A model generated the notes under the pieces. The model ran no database searches and was not told the origin of the DNA. It saw only the letters and a program-made list of their open reading frames with translations. 64,000 nucleotides of DNA from Antedon mediterranea (lineage: Eukaryota > Animalia > Echinodermata), in NCBI RefSeq assembly GCF_964355755.1, contig NC_092679.1:22675432-22739431 (forward strand), written 5' to 3'. Positions 30,901-43,686 of this stretch are shown here, piece after piece. Both the position numbers and the translations under genes were made by a program. The first letter of the stretch is position 1. Each line of letters begins with the position of its first letter.

Positions 30901-33900
30901 TTTTATATTAAGGTTCTAGCGCAGTAGTAGGTTTTTTTACATATTCACATTTGTCATGAAAAACACAAAATCAGGAAGAAAAAAATGATCTTATCAACAA
31001 ATGTTTGAAGCAGCATCAATTTTTTCTGCCTAATTTCAACAAGTCAACCAATTGTTCACACTGTATCACACTTTTGATGTGAACAACCACTTGACATAAA
31101 TACTGCTTCTGACGAGTTGTTTCCACTTAATGCTTGTGTATTATAAACTCGCATCTGGTCGTTGAAATGAGTTATTTTCGGCGCTGACCTTTCATCGCAT
31201 AGTGGATGTATACTAAACCATAGTAATTGGTTTTATGAGTTTGCTATTATTAAGCAAATGCAGCGATAGATCAGACTTGATGAATTTAGTTGTATTTATA
31301 GTCACAATCATTATTTCCAGTAATTACAAACAGATTTGTGATTATTTGAAATTGATGAATGTTAAAGATTTATGCCCCCCTCCCCCTTCACCACCAAAAT
31401 GCTTGAATAGTCTCAACATTTTAATTTGAAATTAAAGTTGGTATATACAGAAATTAGTTAATTAATATACTTATATTAAATAAATTTGTAATTGATGAAA
31501 TTTGAAGATGTACAGTGTTGTCCCAAAAACCTGAATCATCAACATTAAATGTATTGAGTTGTAACAAATTTATTGTTCACAGAAATTAATTTAATGTGTA
31601 ATTATAATTAAATTAAAAAATGATAAATGTTGATGATGTGTCCCCTCACCCCCCCCCCCCCCCAAAAAAAAATACATGAATATTAATCTCAAAATTAGAA
31701 ATTAACTCAGATTTTAAAATATTGTAAAAAAAGAAGTTACTTTGTAATAGTTAGTTCACAGAAATTACTAATATTTTATAATAAATTTGAAATTAACTTG
31801 TCACCCGGCCTCCCCCCCCCCCCCACCAAAAAAAACCTGAATAGTTTCAGTGTTCTAGTTTGAAATTAACTTTCTTATTTAAAAAATCATAAACATTAAT
31901 GTACTTAATATTTGCATTAATTTTTATAGAGATGATAAAAATCTCCATCCATAAATAGCTATGGCATTTTTTTAATCCAGCATAAACCATATTTTTATTA
32001 TTATCATTTTATAAATTTTAATTTGTACTCCTACATGAAACAAATAAATTTATTTATGAAATTGCTCATAATATTATCGTGTTTACAATTATTGCAATAT
32101 TTTTCACTTTCACACCGAAATAAATATTTATTCTGTTATAGTGAGAACATTTCCAGTTATCGAATGTTTATTACTTCGCTAATATTTCGGTTTAATTAAT
32201 AGTTTATAATTTTCATGCAACCATTGTAACTAATGTTTTAATCTTCAAATGAAATCTGTTCAATCAAAATTGTTACATTATGCAGAAAACCTCAATTATG
32301 GTATATTTTCATCCAGTTAACCTAATAAATTGTCATAAATTACCATTAATAATTACTTAATATTTGACAATTATAATCATTATTGCAATATGTATGCACG
32401 TTCATAACGAGAAATTTGATTGTTACTGTGACTTGGTAATAATTTGAACTATTTGCACTATACTGCTCAGTTATCATAAACTTTATGCCCAAAAGACTTT
32501 CAAACCGTGTCATTGATTGAAATGCCATTTTAAACGTAGTTCAAAATGAGTTCCTTATTTAAACAAGAAATATTTCTTTAAAAAAATGCCACTAGACTTT
32601 TTGACGTAACAGTTTTAATTATTGTTCTTTCGTCATTAAATGATGCTCTCCATACATATCACCCATACAACATTTTCTATGGTATGAGCCTTCGATTGGT
32701 GACATATTTTTTTAGTTTAGTTGATACAAAGCAACTAGAACTGGTTACAGTCATTTGATCTGGCTGTGACAAATACCAACAGTAAGGCTACTAAAGCGTG
32801 GTTCCCACTAGCGACGCAACACAAAGACGTAACGCAACGCAAGTGAATTGACCAATCACAAGTGATGGCTTATTTGCTTGCGTTGCGTTCTAGTGTGAAC
32901 CAAGCTTTACTGTACTATGTACATATTCTCTGCAGCGCAGTGTCTGTTAACCAAACATTTGGCCGATTGAGCAATAAAAAGTTTAGGGGCGAGCGTTAGA
33001 TTGCCTCAGTTAAGAGAACAATTATTATGTTTCTGATTTTTTTTTTATCTTACAGGGCTTAATTAAGCAAGTAATAAGCTGGAGGGCGCACTTGACAAGG
33101 GTCGTTTCGTTGGTTTATGTCAGTACTATGCATGTTATTGTGTCCGGGTCAACAGATGGTTCTGTCAGGTACCTACCACTCCATTTAAATTTAAACTTGT
33201 CGGCAATTAAAACAATTTTGTTAGCCCTTATCATCAGATTCATAATTATTTCATTCCCGTACAGCAATAAGTATTATTATTAATTATTTTTCCTAAATTA
33301 TCATCACCTAAATTATCTGTGCAAAAAGTCATCTCCCTTTTGACGATACAAAGTATTTTGTCTGGAAAATTTCTCCTCATGCAGAATATAGCAGAACACC
33401 ACTGGTCTTGTCATTAGATCTGTCACTTTGTGTGAAATTATTGTCCATAGTGACTGCCCCCAATGGGCAAATGATATATTAGCATTTTCAGAAATTTTGA
33501 ATTAACTGTAGGTACAGTACCTATTAGTTGCAATTATATAGCAGATTTACAATAAGACACAGTTCGATTTACTGATGTGTTTTAATCATTTTTTTAAAGT
33601 AACAGTATTTTGTTCTTCTCTATTGGAAATCCAAAGTATATTAGAATATTAATTAATACGTACTTAATTTACAATTTAGTATTTAATGCATTTGTACGAC
33701 TCGATTTTAACAAGAATAACATTCCCACGCAAAATTAATCTGTTGATAAAATGACAGATTTGAATGATATTTTCATCTGAATGCGAATAGTTATTAATAT
33801 TTTGATTATTTATGCAAATGTTGGTGTTTTTCACTTGTCAAATGCCACAAGAATATAATGTATTAATAATATATAAATTTTTAAATAATTGCTAAAACTG

Positions 33901-36900
33901 TATTTATATGATTTTTTTTTCTATTTACATTCAAAAGTTATAATTACATTATAATTTATAGAGGGTTCCCTTATAAGCTTAATGAATATAAAATAACTCT
34001 AGCCCTGGTAGACTCTGTTTACACTATCAAATATGCCCAAATATAGTAGTGATATACCCAAATATGGTAGTGATATACCCAAATATGGTAGTGATATGAA
34101 ATCACATTTTGTGGTCACATAAAGTTGATAGTGTAGGAAGGTTTGGAAACAAGCACATAAAGCTCAAATCCTATGACTTTAGGTAACTTTAAGCTATGTC
34201 TACACTTAATGTGACAACAAACACTTTTTTTGTCAAACTAGTTTAATAGTGTAGGCAGAGCTTTAACCTTTGTTTCAAAAGGGTCCTGCAATAGACTTTT
34301 TAAAAATATTTATACTAATAAACGTGGCCCATTAAATGGTTATACTAATCAACGTGGCCCATTAAATAGTTATATACTAATCAACGTGGTCCATTAAATA
34401 TTTATAATAATCAACGTGGCCCATTAAATATTTATACTAATCAACGTGGCCCATTGTAATTTTTCAGGTTATGGTACGGACAGGAACCACAACAAGGCCA
34501 TTTTATGGGGTTCTTTAGTCAGCATCGTCCATGGAATTTTCCGAACACGGAGAGGTCAAGTTCACCGGTTTTGCCATATGACATCAGTGAAGTACCCCAG
34601 AAGCATTCAAAGAGTCTAAGTGAAAGAAAAAGCAAGCCAGGCCAGGCCTTCAGATACCCACTTATATTTAAGAGTGATAGGTAAGACCGCTTACTATTGG
34701 CTTATATCAACTAACATGGAGAGTGAGGTGGCCAAGCAGTAAAGGCAGTGTCACCGTAGTAATCCTTTGCCTTTATGGCAAGGGTTTGAGGCTCACTCGC
34801 TGCATGGTTCTGGTGGTAGATCGTGTCTTCTTGGATAAGGACTATAAACCGTAGATCTAGTTTGCACAAAGCACTTTAAAGAAACTACATGTAGTACATC
34901 TTTACAGAGCTCCTTGACCACTCGACATGAAAACAATGAATTTACAAAAATGTAATTATTTTATCACAGATGGAAGCCAATGCGGAGATCTGCATATTTC
35001 CAAGCCCCGTTCAGACACGCACAACCTGAAGATAAAAAGTTTTTCGGTGCTTTACAGAAACCGTTGTTCTATAATGATCATTTAGAAAGCTTTCGCACGG
35101 CAGAGATGCAGTCTGGCGCTGTCTTCAGAGCACTACCAGTCTACAAGGTCAGAATATAGAATTTAATATTAATTAATTTTTCCCATCTACCCAAGAGTGC
35201 TGATGTTATTTGTTATTGCAATCAAATCAAATTGTTGGTTATTAATCTCTCTTGAGTGTAGAACAGAACACTTTCATGTGTTGGTACAAGTAAAAAGTTG
35301 TTCCAATATGTTGCATTTTGTCAATTTTTGCACTGTATTTGTAAATTGGGTATTAAAATACTTAAATATTTCCCAAAAGGGTATTCACTTTTTAAGTATT
35401 ATTTTTTTTGTAGATTGAAACTCCAGAAAGAATCCAGACACCCGCATTTGAGTTTGGCAGTGGATGGCAAGGGAGCTCCTTGCAGTTTCAGAATGCTTCC
35501 AAGTATGGAAAGACATCTCCAACAAAGGATCTTCCAAAGGTAAGTGACAACAATCACGCAGCAGTGACGTAAAGCTCTGTCTACACTATCAAACAAATGT
35601 GATGTGCCCATATATGGACATTATGATGTCATATCACTACCATTTGGGCAGATCACACCGTTTTTGCCAAATAGTTTGATAGTGAGAGCTTTAGCCACAA
35701 AAATGTAAGTTCACCCACCACTCGGATATTTCTTGATTTTTTAGTGTAACTATTTAAATACTACGATAGTTTTAGTTTGGAATTATTACTTGCATTTTTT
35801 AATATGTTGGTAATTTATATGCATTGTTGCATAATATATTTACCAATTTCTGCACTTTTTAAATTAATGCGCAATCATACTTAATAATGAAATTTGCTGT
35901 ATATTAATTGCAGGCATAATCCCTCCATTGTATTTATAATGTATATAATATTTGATTTATGTGTTTAATGTCACATTTTAATTATCAGTCCGTTAAAAAT
36001 TTTAACTATTTGAATCACACAGATTAACTCGCCATATTGACAAAAATAGCACAATTATCACTTAATATGTAAATAGTTATACAGTGTGATATGCCCTTTA
36101 ATAATAGCTTTGATAAACATGTTTTAATTCATTTATCATACAACATAAAAAGTAGTTTTGTTATTTTGTGACATAAATATAAATGTGTCACATAATCCAA
36201 ATTACCTTGAATACAAAACAAAATGAATAAATTCACAAATTAGGCTACGTACAGCAGATATGCAAAAGAGCTGAGGATTATTAAAATAACAGTTCGGTGG
36301 TCTAGAGGTATGAGTGCCAGACTAGTGATTTTTCAGGAAATTTTTTTTACTTCTTTCTGTTTAGAAACAGTTTAAACCGGTGCTATAACACAAGTAGAAA
36401 AATATCTGTATAAAGATCAACATATATTGATACACTTTTTTTGAAATTTTTTTTCAACCCATAGCACTTTTAACTGTCTCTGTGCGTTTTAATTGACCTG
36501 TGTGGTAAATATATCAATGAAACATGCTGGTGCGTCGTGATATGGGTTCCATCGTCTATTCAGCCTCTGAAATGACCTACTTAATAATAACAAGTTCATC
36601 GCGTATATAAGTTACAACATATTTTTAGGATTTAATACTATTAAGTGGGTTAACATTAAATGTAGATCTGTGGTGTACTGTAATAGTAAATATAGTAAAA
36701 TCTTGTCTAGTAATTTTACTTTTTTGTCCACTAGCAAACCTTTAAATTGCTTGTAGAACTATTTAAACATTTGTTGAAATTAGTAAAACACTAACCCAAA
36801 CCCAATTAGCATAGCGAGCAAGCACATTTTGGGTATATTAATTATTTCAAATTAATTACCTTACAGACATTAGCCAGACCCTTGTCCTCCTAGTCCAGCA

Positions 36901-39900
36901 CCTTATTTTAAAATAATGTTCTGGATTGACACTCATGGTAATGATTTAATGAATATTCATAATAATTTAATGAATATTCATAATATGTAATAATGTTCAT
37001 AAATGAGTTTAATGAATATTTATGAGTTAATAAATATTCATAAATGAGTTAATGAATATTCAAATGACGTAAATCAAATGTTTGTCTAAACTATTGAATC
37101 ATGACTATGTAATGATCGTTAGCTTTGTTGATTATTCAACTGTGGAACATCAGGTTGTACACCCACTAATTGGTTGATGACTAAACAAAAATTGCTTTTC
37201 ACACTTTTTGAAATTGTAACACTGTGGTATAGTACACGTCGCCTGATGTTTTTGTTGGCTGTTCTGAGGCTTGGACGTCTAATGGCGTGAAGGATATCTT
37301 TATACAGTTGATCACCTACAAAGTATTATGTATTGTGAATAATCGTTTTGTTTTTATGTTACATATATATTGTGGATCACAATATCTGTGACTCAACGCC
37401 TTTCAATGTTAAATTGTACATTAAAGTGACTGCAACGGTTATATTTCTTCAGGAGGGATGTTGGATTCAGTGGCGTACTCAAATGAAAAGGGCCCCTGGG
37501 TTAGCATTCCTAAGGGGCCCCTTCAATGCTGGGTAATTTCATTGTGCTTCTCATGATCTAGGGCCCCTGATGCTCTAGGGTCCCTTTAAGCTCTGTGGCC
37601 CTTGAGTTTAGCCAGGGAGCGCTCCATAGCCATTATGCCACTGGTTGGGTCCAGGTATGAATCGAGTACTGTACGTCATTAATCATTTCAAATTCAAAGA
37701 GCAACAGATCTTTAAGCTATACTAATATGCTGCTTTGGAAAATAAAGATATATTAATGATAGATAGATAAAGAAATTTGAAAATAATAAACTATAGGCAA
37801 ATATCTGTTTTAAAAAAAAAAAAGCTTCCAAAAATGTCTCACTTAATATCTATGTTATGCTTCCCATTCCATCCCTTTCCTCCCGACTCCTTTCCTCCCG
37901 ACTCCTTTCATCTTCATCATTTTCTCCCTAATCCTTTCATCATCACCTCTTTCACCTCATCCCTCCTTGCCCCTATCCTCCCACCAGTCAAATATTTTTA
38001 TTGTAAATTTCTGAAATTGTTTTTATTTCATTTTTAATTTAAAGATATTGAAACATTAAAGCAGTTAAAGTTAAATCAAAACAACTGCACTTTTTGTGTG
38101 GCAACATAACTTTAAATGTATCCGAGTATCATGTGTGCAGCAGAAAAAAAAATGAAAATGTATATTTAATGTACTGTGTACGTAAAGCAGTAAGAAAACA
38201 AAAGAAAAAAATGTAAATTTGTTTTTAATGTGATGTACGTGCATTGAGAACATTACAGTAAGGGCGTTACATGTTTACACCTTATCCGCCCACATGATAC
38301 AGGATTTTATTTATGGCAGTAATACCATACGTGCAGCTGGAAAACAATAAAAAACATTTTAAATGTATATTTAATGTGGCATACACAGCAGGTAACAAAT
38401 AAAAATATGTAAATTTGTTTTTAATATATTGTACGTGCATGAGAACATTTTAAGGGCGTTACATATTCGCACTTTACCGCCCACATGATACAAAAGGATT
38501 TTATCGACGACTCATTTCTTCGTTCAACTGTTACAAATATATAAATATTTATTAAAATGCATTAAAGAACTTGGTGCATTACTAAAGGGAATGCGTAAAG
38601 AGCAAAGGTTATATATGAACTCGGCCATTTGAGATTCACGATCACTCGGTTTCTTTAAATTACTGGTGAATTTAATACAGCAGAACCCCTTATTTGGGAC
38701 ACCCCTTTAAATTGACACTTTCGGGGGCAAACAAGGTGTCCCCTTGGGTTCTATTGTGCACATCTGTGAATATCTCAATTTATTTGAATTTGACTTATAA
38801 ATACATTAATGACTGAATGACATGAAAATCTCCAGTGGTCTAATGGTATGGTGCCCACATATCGAGTAGAAGATTCCAGGTTCGAATCTTGGTATAGGTG
38901 GCTTTTTCTCATTCTCACACATTTCTCATCATTTATATATTAATTTCCAATATATCACTGGGTGATTCAGAGTATCTTTATACTCTCTGAATTCGAGCAC
39001 ATAGAAATATATACTGTCTCCATACTCTCTTCACAGTATATACAGTATGTAAATGTATTTTTTCTGTCGTTTATCGGACTTTAATTTGAATTATGTTAAC
39101 AAAAGGAGGTTCAATTGAAATATTTATATTTTATTAAATCCTACAGCTAAAGGCAACTTAATGGAAACACTCATAAATATGTCAATTTATCGGCTAATTT
39201 GCATAACTTTTTAGAGGCAATGTGTGAATCATAGGTTTTTTCCCAGTGTTTTTATTGGAATTAGAGATGTTTTATTTATATGTACTCTTGTGCATATTTT
39301 ACACTGCAAAGTTGAAAAGCTATGTTTGATAGAACTAGGTGATGTGTTTGGGAATGTGGAAGATATGAACACCAAATATGCAAAAATATTTTATTCCATT
39401 TTTTTTTTTCAATGGTACTTTATGGGTTATTTATTATAAATGATAAAATACTTGCATTGCTTCAAACGTTTAATGACAATGTATTTCCACTTTTTTATGT
39501 CATGTAGATTAAAAACAAACTTTTTATTTCAAGTGATATTAATTCTTGATGAAAAGGTAAATCACCTTTAGTTTAAGAGATAAATAACAGCTTTAGCTAA
39601 TGGAATTATTAGTCCCTTTAATCCTTTATATTTAAATTTGCTTCAGAATGAAAAAGCAGCCGAAATACAAAAACCATAACAAACAAATTCAAACGTCATT
39701 CTACAAAGTCATGGAGATTTTGGAAATAAAATTATACTTTGGATAAAATTAGTTTATGATGGTTTATTTACGAGTTTTTCAATATTTTTACATTTACATT
39801 TTTATATTACTAATCCCAGCTCAGCTGCTATTTTAGTTTGATCAATCAATCAATTTATTTATATGTATGTGGCTAGTATAGTATTGATGAATGGCGCTAT

Positions 39901-41469
39901 AGAAAATAGAGGGTGCTATAGAAAAGTCACTGATGCATGAAATTTAGTCGTGACCCAGGATTTTTTAATAGGAGAGGGGTTATGGGGGTTGACTTACTGA
40001 AGTGCTAATCAAGGCTAGCTGTGCATCTAGTCAAGATGTTCTGTCAAAGTCTAGGCAGTGTTGTCTTTAATGCCCAATTTCAAAAATTTGGAAAAAAAAA
40101 ACACTTTTACATTTGCATGGTGATTGGCCAAATGTTATGTTTGCACTTTTACATCGAATTATGCTAATTTTGCACTTGACCTTTTCGTTTACTACAGCAT
40201 GTGTTTATAACATTCTAATGCAAATCAAAACAGGCATTTAAAAAATAAATCAATATTACAACGAATAAGAGAGGAGTAGTACTTTATAAATCGGACTTTT
40301 TCTTTATAGTGTGGGATGGAAGAGAAGATGAGAGAGTCCAAAGACTCGGGTACCCCGAGTAAAAATAAATCTATACCAATTATGCTAATCTGCACTTTTA
40401 AAAATAAACAACATGTGATATAATATTTTAATATGCAAATCAAAACATACATTACAAAATATCAATGATTACTGCTACTTTATTTATATCTATAGCCCTA
40501 TTTAGTATTAACAGTAATACCTAAAGCTCTGTCTACACTATCAAACTAGTTTGATAAAAAAGTTTGATGTGCCCAAATATGGTAGTGATATACCCAAATA
40601 TGGTAGTGATATGACATCATCATGTCCATATATGGGCACATCACATTTTTTTGTTACATAATGTTGATGGTGTAGACAGAGCTTAAGAATCATTTCAATC
40701 AAGTTTGTACTGTATGTTCTCACTATGTTTAATGTTAATAAATGTCTCCTGAGTGTTTTGCCTTTAGTCTGAATGACTCGGGAAAAAAAACCCCCAAAAC
40801 ATGAATTAAGCAATTCAATAGAACAAAATTAGCTTATAAATTAATCACAATATCATATTTCATTTCATACGTTGTTGACGATATGGAACGATATGAATAA
40901 TCCCAAGATATTATTACCATATTATAAAAACAAAATGATATATCATAAATATTATACATACTTTGCTTGTTTATGATAACATGGTGTAACTATTCATGTT
41001 TTATTTGTTAACACATCATCAACACTAACATATTACAAGATGTGTCGTCAAGTGTTTTAAAGGCTTGTTGTTTAAATAACCAGGCACTCGTATCGCTGTT
41101 AAGTCATTATGGTGCCCTCGAGGAGTCCGCAAAAGTGCAAACTCAAGTACGTATGAATGATGAAAAAAAAACAAAAAAGATTTTTTTTAATATGTCACTT
41201 CTTCAAATATCAATATTTTATATAAAAAATTTAAATATACATATATATATATATATACATATTATATGTATTACAACAATGATCAGTCTTTCACATTTTA
41301 TTTTTATTCGCTTTTATTATATTTACTTTTTTTTTTGCAGGTGAAAGCTCCAGTTGGCATCTTGGCACGTCGCCATTCCAAGATGTATCCTGCAGGATCA
41401 TCACTAGCTGCAATGAATAATAGCAATTCCTCCAGGAAGAGATCCCAGTTCCCTTATAACTCACTCTAG
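18969..41469 (+). CDS. WDR64: WD repeat-containing protein 64-like, 27 exons, ~1186 aa
   Basis: Exons 18969-19122, 19802-19932, 20663-20768, 21132-21238, 22256-22288, 22421-22531, 22694-22905, 23243-23285, 23435-23532, 23669-23888, 24444-24570, 24714-24862, 25054-25177, 25503-25669, 25938-26102, 26450-26574, 26962-27090, 27290-27440, 27684-27747, 27882-28099, 28431-28536, 29024-29085, 33056-33168, 34468-34680, 34970-35147, 35414-35539, 41341-41469 (3561 nt, in frame). Peptides resembling mammalian WDR64 as I recall it: [79 protein letters not shown], SWRAH. First and last exons are least certain. Confidence 0.85.
24143..24215 (+). mobile_element. tRNA-derived SINE head (monomer of the 16255-16555 array)
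   Basis: GTGGAGCTGTAGCTTGGTGGATAAC...CCAATCCCAAGGTCCAGTGTTCAATCC with box A/B-like motifs. Confidence 0.6.
24869..25008 (-). mobile_element. Harbinger-type MITE family A (one TIR lost), directly after a WDR64 splice donor
   Basis: 21-bp CCCAAATATGGTAGTGATATA units and terminal AAAGTTTGATAGT.TCTACAGAGCT-TAA. Confidence 0.75.
27177..27261 (+). pseudogene. Duplicated, stop-containing pseudo-exon paralogous to WDR64 exon 18
   Basis: TTACAG|AAAATTAACAGAGTTTGTAA vs TTACAG|AAAGTTAACAGGGTTTGTAA at 27290; shares GGTCAAGAGGTCATTG..CAAGATA; in-frame TAA at 27211-27213. Confidence 0.65.
27502..27610 (+). mobile_element. Harbinger-type MITE family A fragment within a degenerate copy of exon 19
   Basis: Core GTCCATATATGAACATGATGATGTCATATGACTACCATATTT and right TIR AGTGTAGACAGAGCT. 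Confidence 0.7.
28593..28768 (-). mobile_element. Harbinger-type MITE family A
   Basis: AGCTCTGTCTACACTATCAAACT...AGTTTGATAGTGTAGA with degenerate 21-bp units. Confidence 0.8.
29728..30037 (+). mobile_element. Non-autonomous element with a ~160-bp near-perfect palindrome (foldback; possibly Crypton-type)
   Basis: Arms 29728-29799 and 29813-29887 around the spacer GAGGCAAAGCCGA; ends TGTTATATAAT; second copy at 12567-12926. The superfamily call is inference only. Confidence 0.65.
32795..32906. mobile_element. Harbinger-type MITE family B
   Basis: TIRs AGC.TGGTTCCCACTAG / CTAGTGTGAACCAAGCT flanked by TAA/TTA; another copy at 48119-48235 and fragments at 5240-5318 and 28160-28225. Confidence 0.75.
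34011..34262. mobile_element. Two adjacent degenerate MITE family A copies
   Basis: 34011-34143 has 21-bp units; 34192-34262 is internally deleted with both TIRs. Confidence 0.65.
34310..34456. repeat. ~30-bp minisatellite x5 (TATACTAATCAACGTGGCCCATTAAATA..) abutting a WDR64 3' splice site
   Basis: Five visible units ending ~10 nt before the AG at 34466-34467. Confidence 0.9.
34720..34905 (+). mobile_element. Nin/Deu-type tRNA-SINE (3'-truncated copy)
   Basis: GGTGGCCAAGCAG...GGGTTTGAGGCTCACTCGC...GGATAAGGACTATAAACCGTAG...GCACTTTAAAGAA. Confidence 0.75.
35573..35690 (+). mobile_element. Harbinger-type MITE family A
   Basis: AGCTCTGTCTACACTATCAAAC...AGTTTGATAGTG.GAGCT with a single internal unit. 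Confidence 0.8.
37468..37643. mobile_element. hAT-like MITE
   Basis: TIRs CAGTGGCGTA / TATGCCACTG, internal GGGCCCC motifs, imperfect 8-bp TSD GTTGGATT / GTTGGGTC. Confidence 0.6.
38130..38503. repeat. Diverged ~190-bp tandem duplication
   Basis: AATGTATATTTAATGT...TGTAAATTTGTTTTTAAT...TAAGGGCGTTACAT...CCGCCCACATGATACA occurs twice. Confidence 0.8.
38829..38902 (+). mobile_element. tRNA-like Pol III head (SINE or tRNA pseudogene)
   Basis: Box A TGGTCTAATGG and box B GGTTCGAATC at tRNA spacing, but the acceptor stem does not pair. Confidence 0.5.
40525..40683 (-). mobile_element. Harbinger-type MITE family A, complete copy with TAA TSD
   Basis: TAA-AGCTCTGTCTACAC...GTGTAGACAGAGCT-TAA; a 3-bp TWA TSD is typical of PIF/Harbinger. 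Confidence 0.85.
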
Positions 41470-43071
41470 TTTAGTCTACTATAACTATATATCCTTATAT
41501 GGTAATATTTACCCAAATTTAGTCATGGCATAATGATCAAATTATAGGCCATGTTATACTGGAATAAGGTAATATTGCATGCCATATATGGTGCACTGCT
41601 TTATGATATGAAGATTTCATATTCTTGTCAAAATATACCATTTTTTTAGTATGGTATTGCCTTTTTTGGGTATATGTTCTGTTGCTAGTTTCACAGTGTG
41701 TCTAAATAATAAAGAAAATTGCCAAAAATGTATATAAAAACTATACTTAGAGTTTTGCCAAAAATATATATAAAAAGCCTAGAATTTGTAATTTTTATTA
41801 CATTACAATACAGTTTTACACGGTATTATTTATATAAAACTATTACCATCAGTATTTTGTGTTTATTTATTTATACATTTTAACAAAAAGAAAAAATAAA
41901 ATAGTAGGGTAAATTGGAGATAAAAGCAATTTGTTAGAGACTAAAGAAATTTGAGATGTTCACTCTGAATTGTTTATTTATTTATATTTATTTAACATGG
42001 AGATAATTAGTATTTACTGGCACTTCTCCGGGTAAAGCTGTGTTTACACTGAGCCCGTCTGTCTGGTAGTCAAAGAAAATAAAACAGGAAAAGAAGTATT
42101 TAGGGTAAATCATTGGGACTCCTTAAATCTGGTGAATGCAGAAATCTCATGGCATGTTTTACCGGCGTTTTTGAGTGCCACAGTTCAAACAATTATGTCT
42201 TCTGCTTGTACAAAATCCTAATTTAGTGGGAACGGTTTTATTCTTAAGCAATTTTTATCCGGCCACTGGACCAGAATCCGTGTACAGTGTGAGCGTAGCT
42301 GTAAACCATGGAGCATACTCCATGTTAATAATACATTAAACGACCAATTATTTGATGTAAGTTCAAATGCAAACATGATTGAAGAATATCATCTAGTTAA
42401 TTTGCAAACATTTCACAGAAAAAAAAAACATTTCAATGCATCATTCACAAATTACCAATGAGCTATTTTAAGTCTATATTTATATCAATGAATCTATTTT
42501 TATAACTAATTTGTATGTTAAAGATGAGATTTATTTTAATTGAAATCTGTCAATTTAAACTCTCATTTTGGTTTGATAAGAACATTGTCAGAATTTATTT
42601 AAAACAATATTTAGTGAGAGATTAAAGAATTGCTAAAGCTGTGTCACATTCTGTAGTGTAGATTGTTAAAGTCAACGCCTTCGTTACATCATCATACTAT
42701 AATGCTCTGTTCCCAAATAAACAAATTAACTTGACAGTTCAGCTTTTATCTTTTCATTATAGCATAGCCTACTGACGTCACAAGTTCATATATCCTTCTA
42801 AAATTACACAATATATGTCGAGTGTACTGTATATTAATGTTTCAGCGATTCTTATATTGTAACTAAATAGGTAGAAATACATTGACATCGAAGAGAGCAA
42901 ATGTATAAAGAGACGTATAGGCTTGGTGATTATCATGAACATTATTGTTTTTGCCAACGGGCTAGGAAAGGAATTAATAATACTTATCTAGCTTTTAATT
43001 CCGCCAAGCTTTGATGAGCTGCGTAGTTTTTATGTTGATATTAGTGTTGGTCACCCGTAGTTAGATCTTAA

Positions 43072-43453
43072 AGCTCTGTTTACACTATCGAACTTTATGT
43101 GACAAGAAAATCATTTGATGTGTCCATGGAGACGATGACGTCATATCACCACCATATTTGGGCACACACTTTTTGGTCAAACAAGTTTGATAGTGTAAAC
43201 AGAGCTTTATTCGACTTCTTAAGCTTTATGTGACAAAAAATCACCGATGAAAAAATTTGATGTGCCGATATATGGACATGATGATGTCATATCTCTACTA
43301 CCATATTTGGGCATATCACTACCATATTTTGGCACATCACTACCATATTTGGGCATATCACTACCATATTTGGGCATATCACTACCATATTTGGGCATAT
43401 CACTACCATATTTTGGCACATCACACTATTTTGATAGTGTAGACTACAGAGCA
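43072..43453 (+). mobile_element. Two tandem MITE family A copies; the second has an expanded 21-bp array
   Basis: 43072-43206 and ~43221-43453; the second carries ~6 ATCACTACCATATTTGGGCAT units, which explain the ORFs at 43219-43513. Confidence 0.85.
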
Positions 43454-43686
43454 ACAAAGAATAATTTCGCCTTTGAGTATCTTTTAACTTCTTACATGTT
43501 TGTGTTAAATTAAAAAATAATAATTTAACGACTCTTTTTAAATTAAACTATCATGATTTATTGTGTTTGTTGAACCATAATTTAAAAATATCTGTAGGCA
43601 TTATTACGTCGTCGTACATAGAATATCTACTATTGCTGCAATAAATTAACGTTCCTGTTTCATCATTGGAAAGAACTGATAGTTTT

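Noticed and set aside
38829-38902. Functional tRNA gene
   Set aside because: A and B boxes are present, but acceptor and anticodon stems do not pair; treated as a SINE head or pseudogene.
40310-40425. Extra or alternative terminal WDR64 exon (TAG|TGTGGGATGGAAGAG...)
   Set aside because: The acceptor is plausible, but nearby GT donors give the wrong phase and there is no homology support.
43219-43513. ORFs with MPKYGSD / YHYHIWA / ISLPYLG repeats
   Set aside because: Translations of the 21-bp internal repeat of MITE family A.
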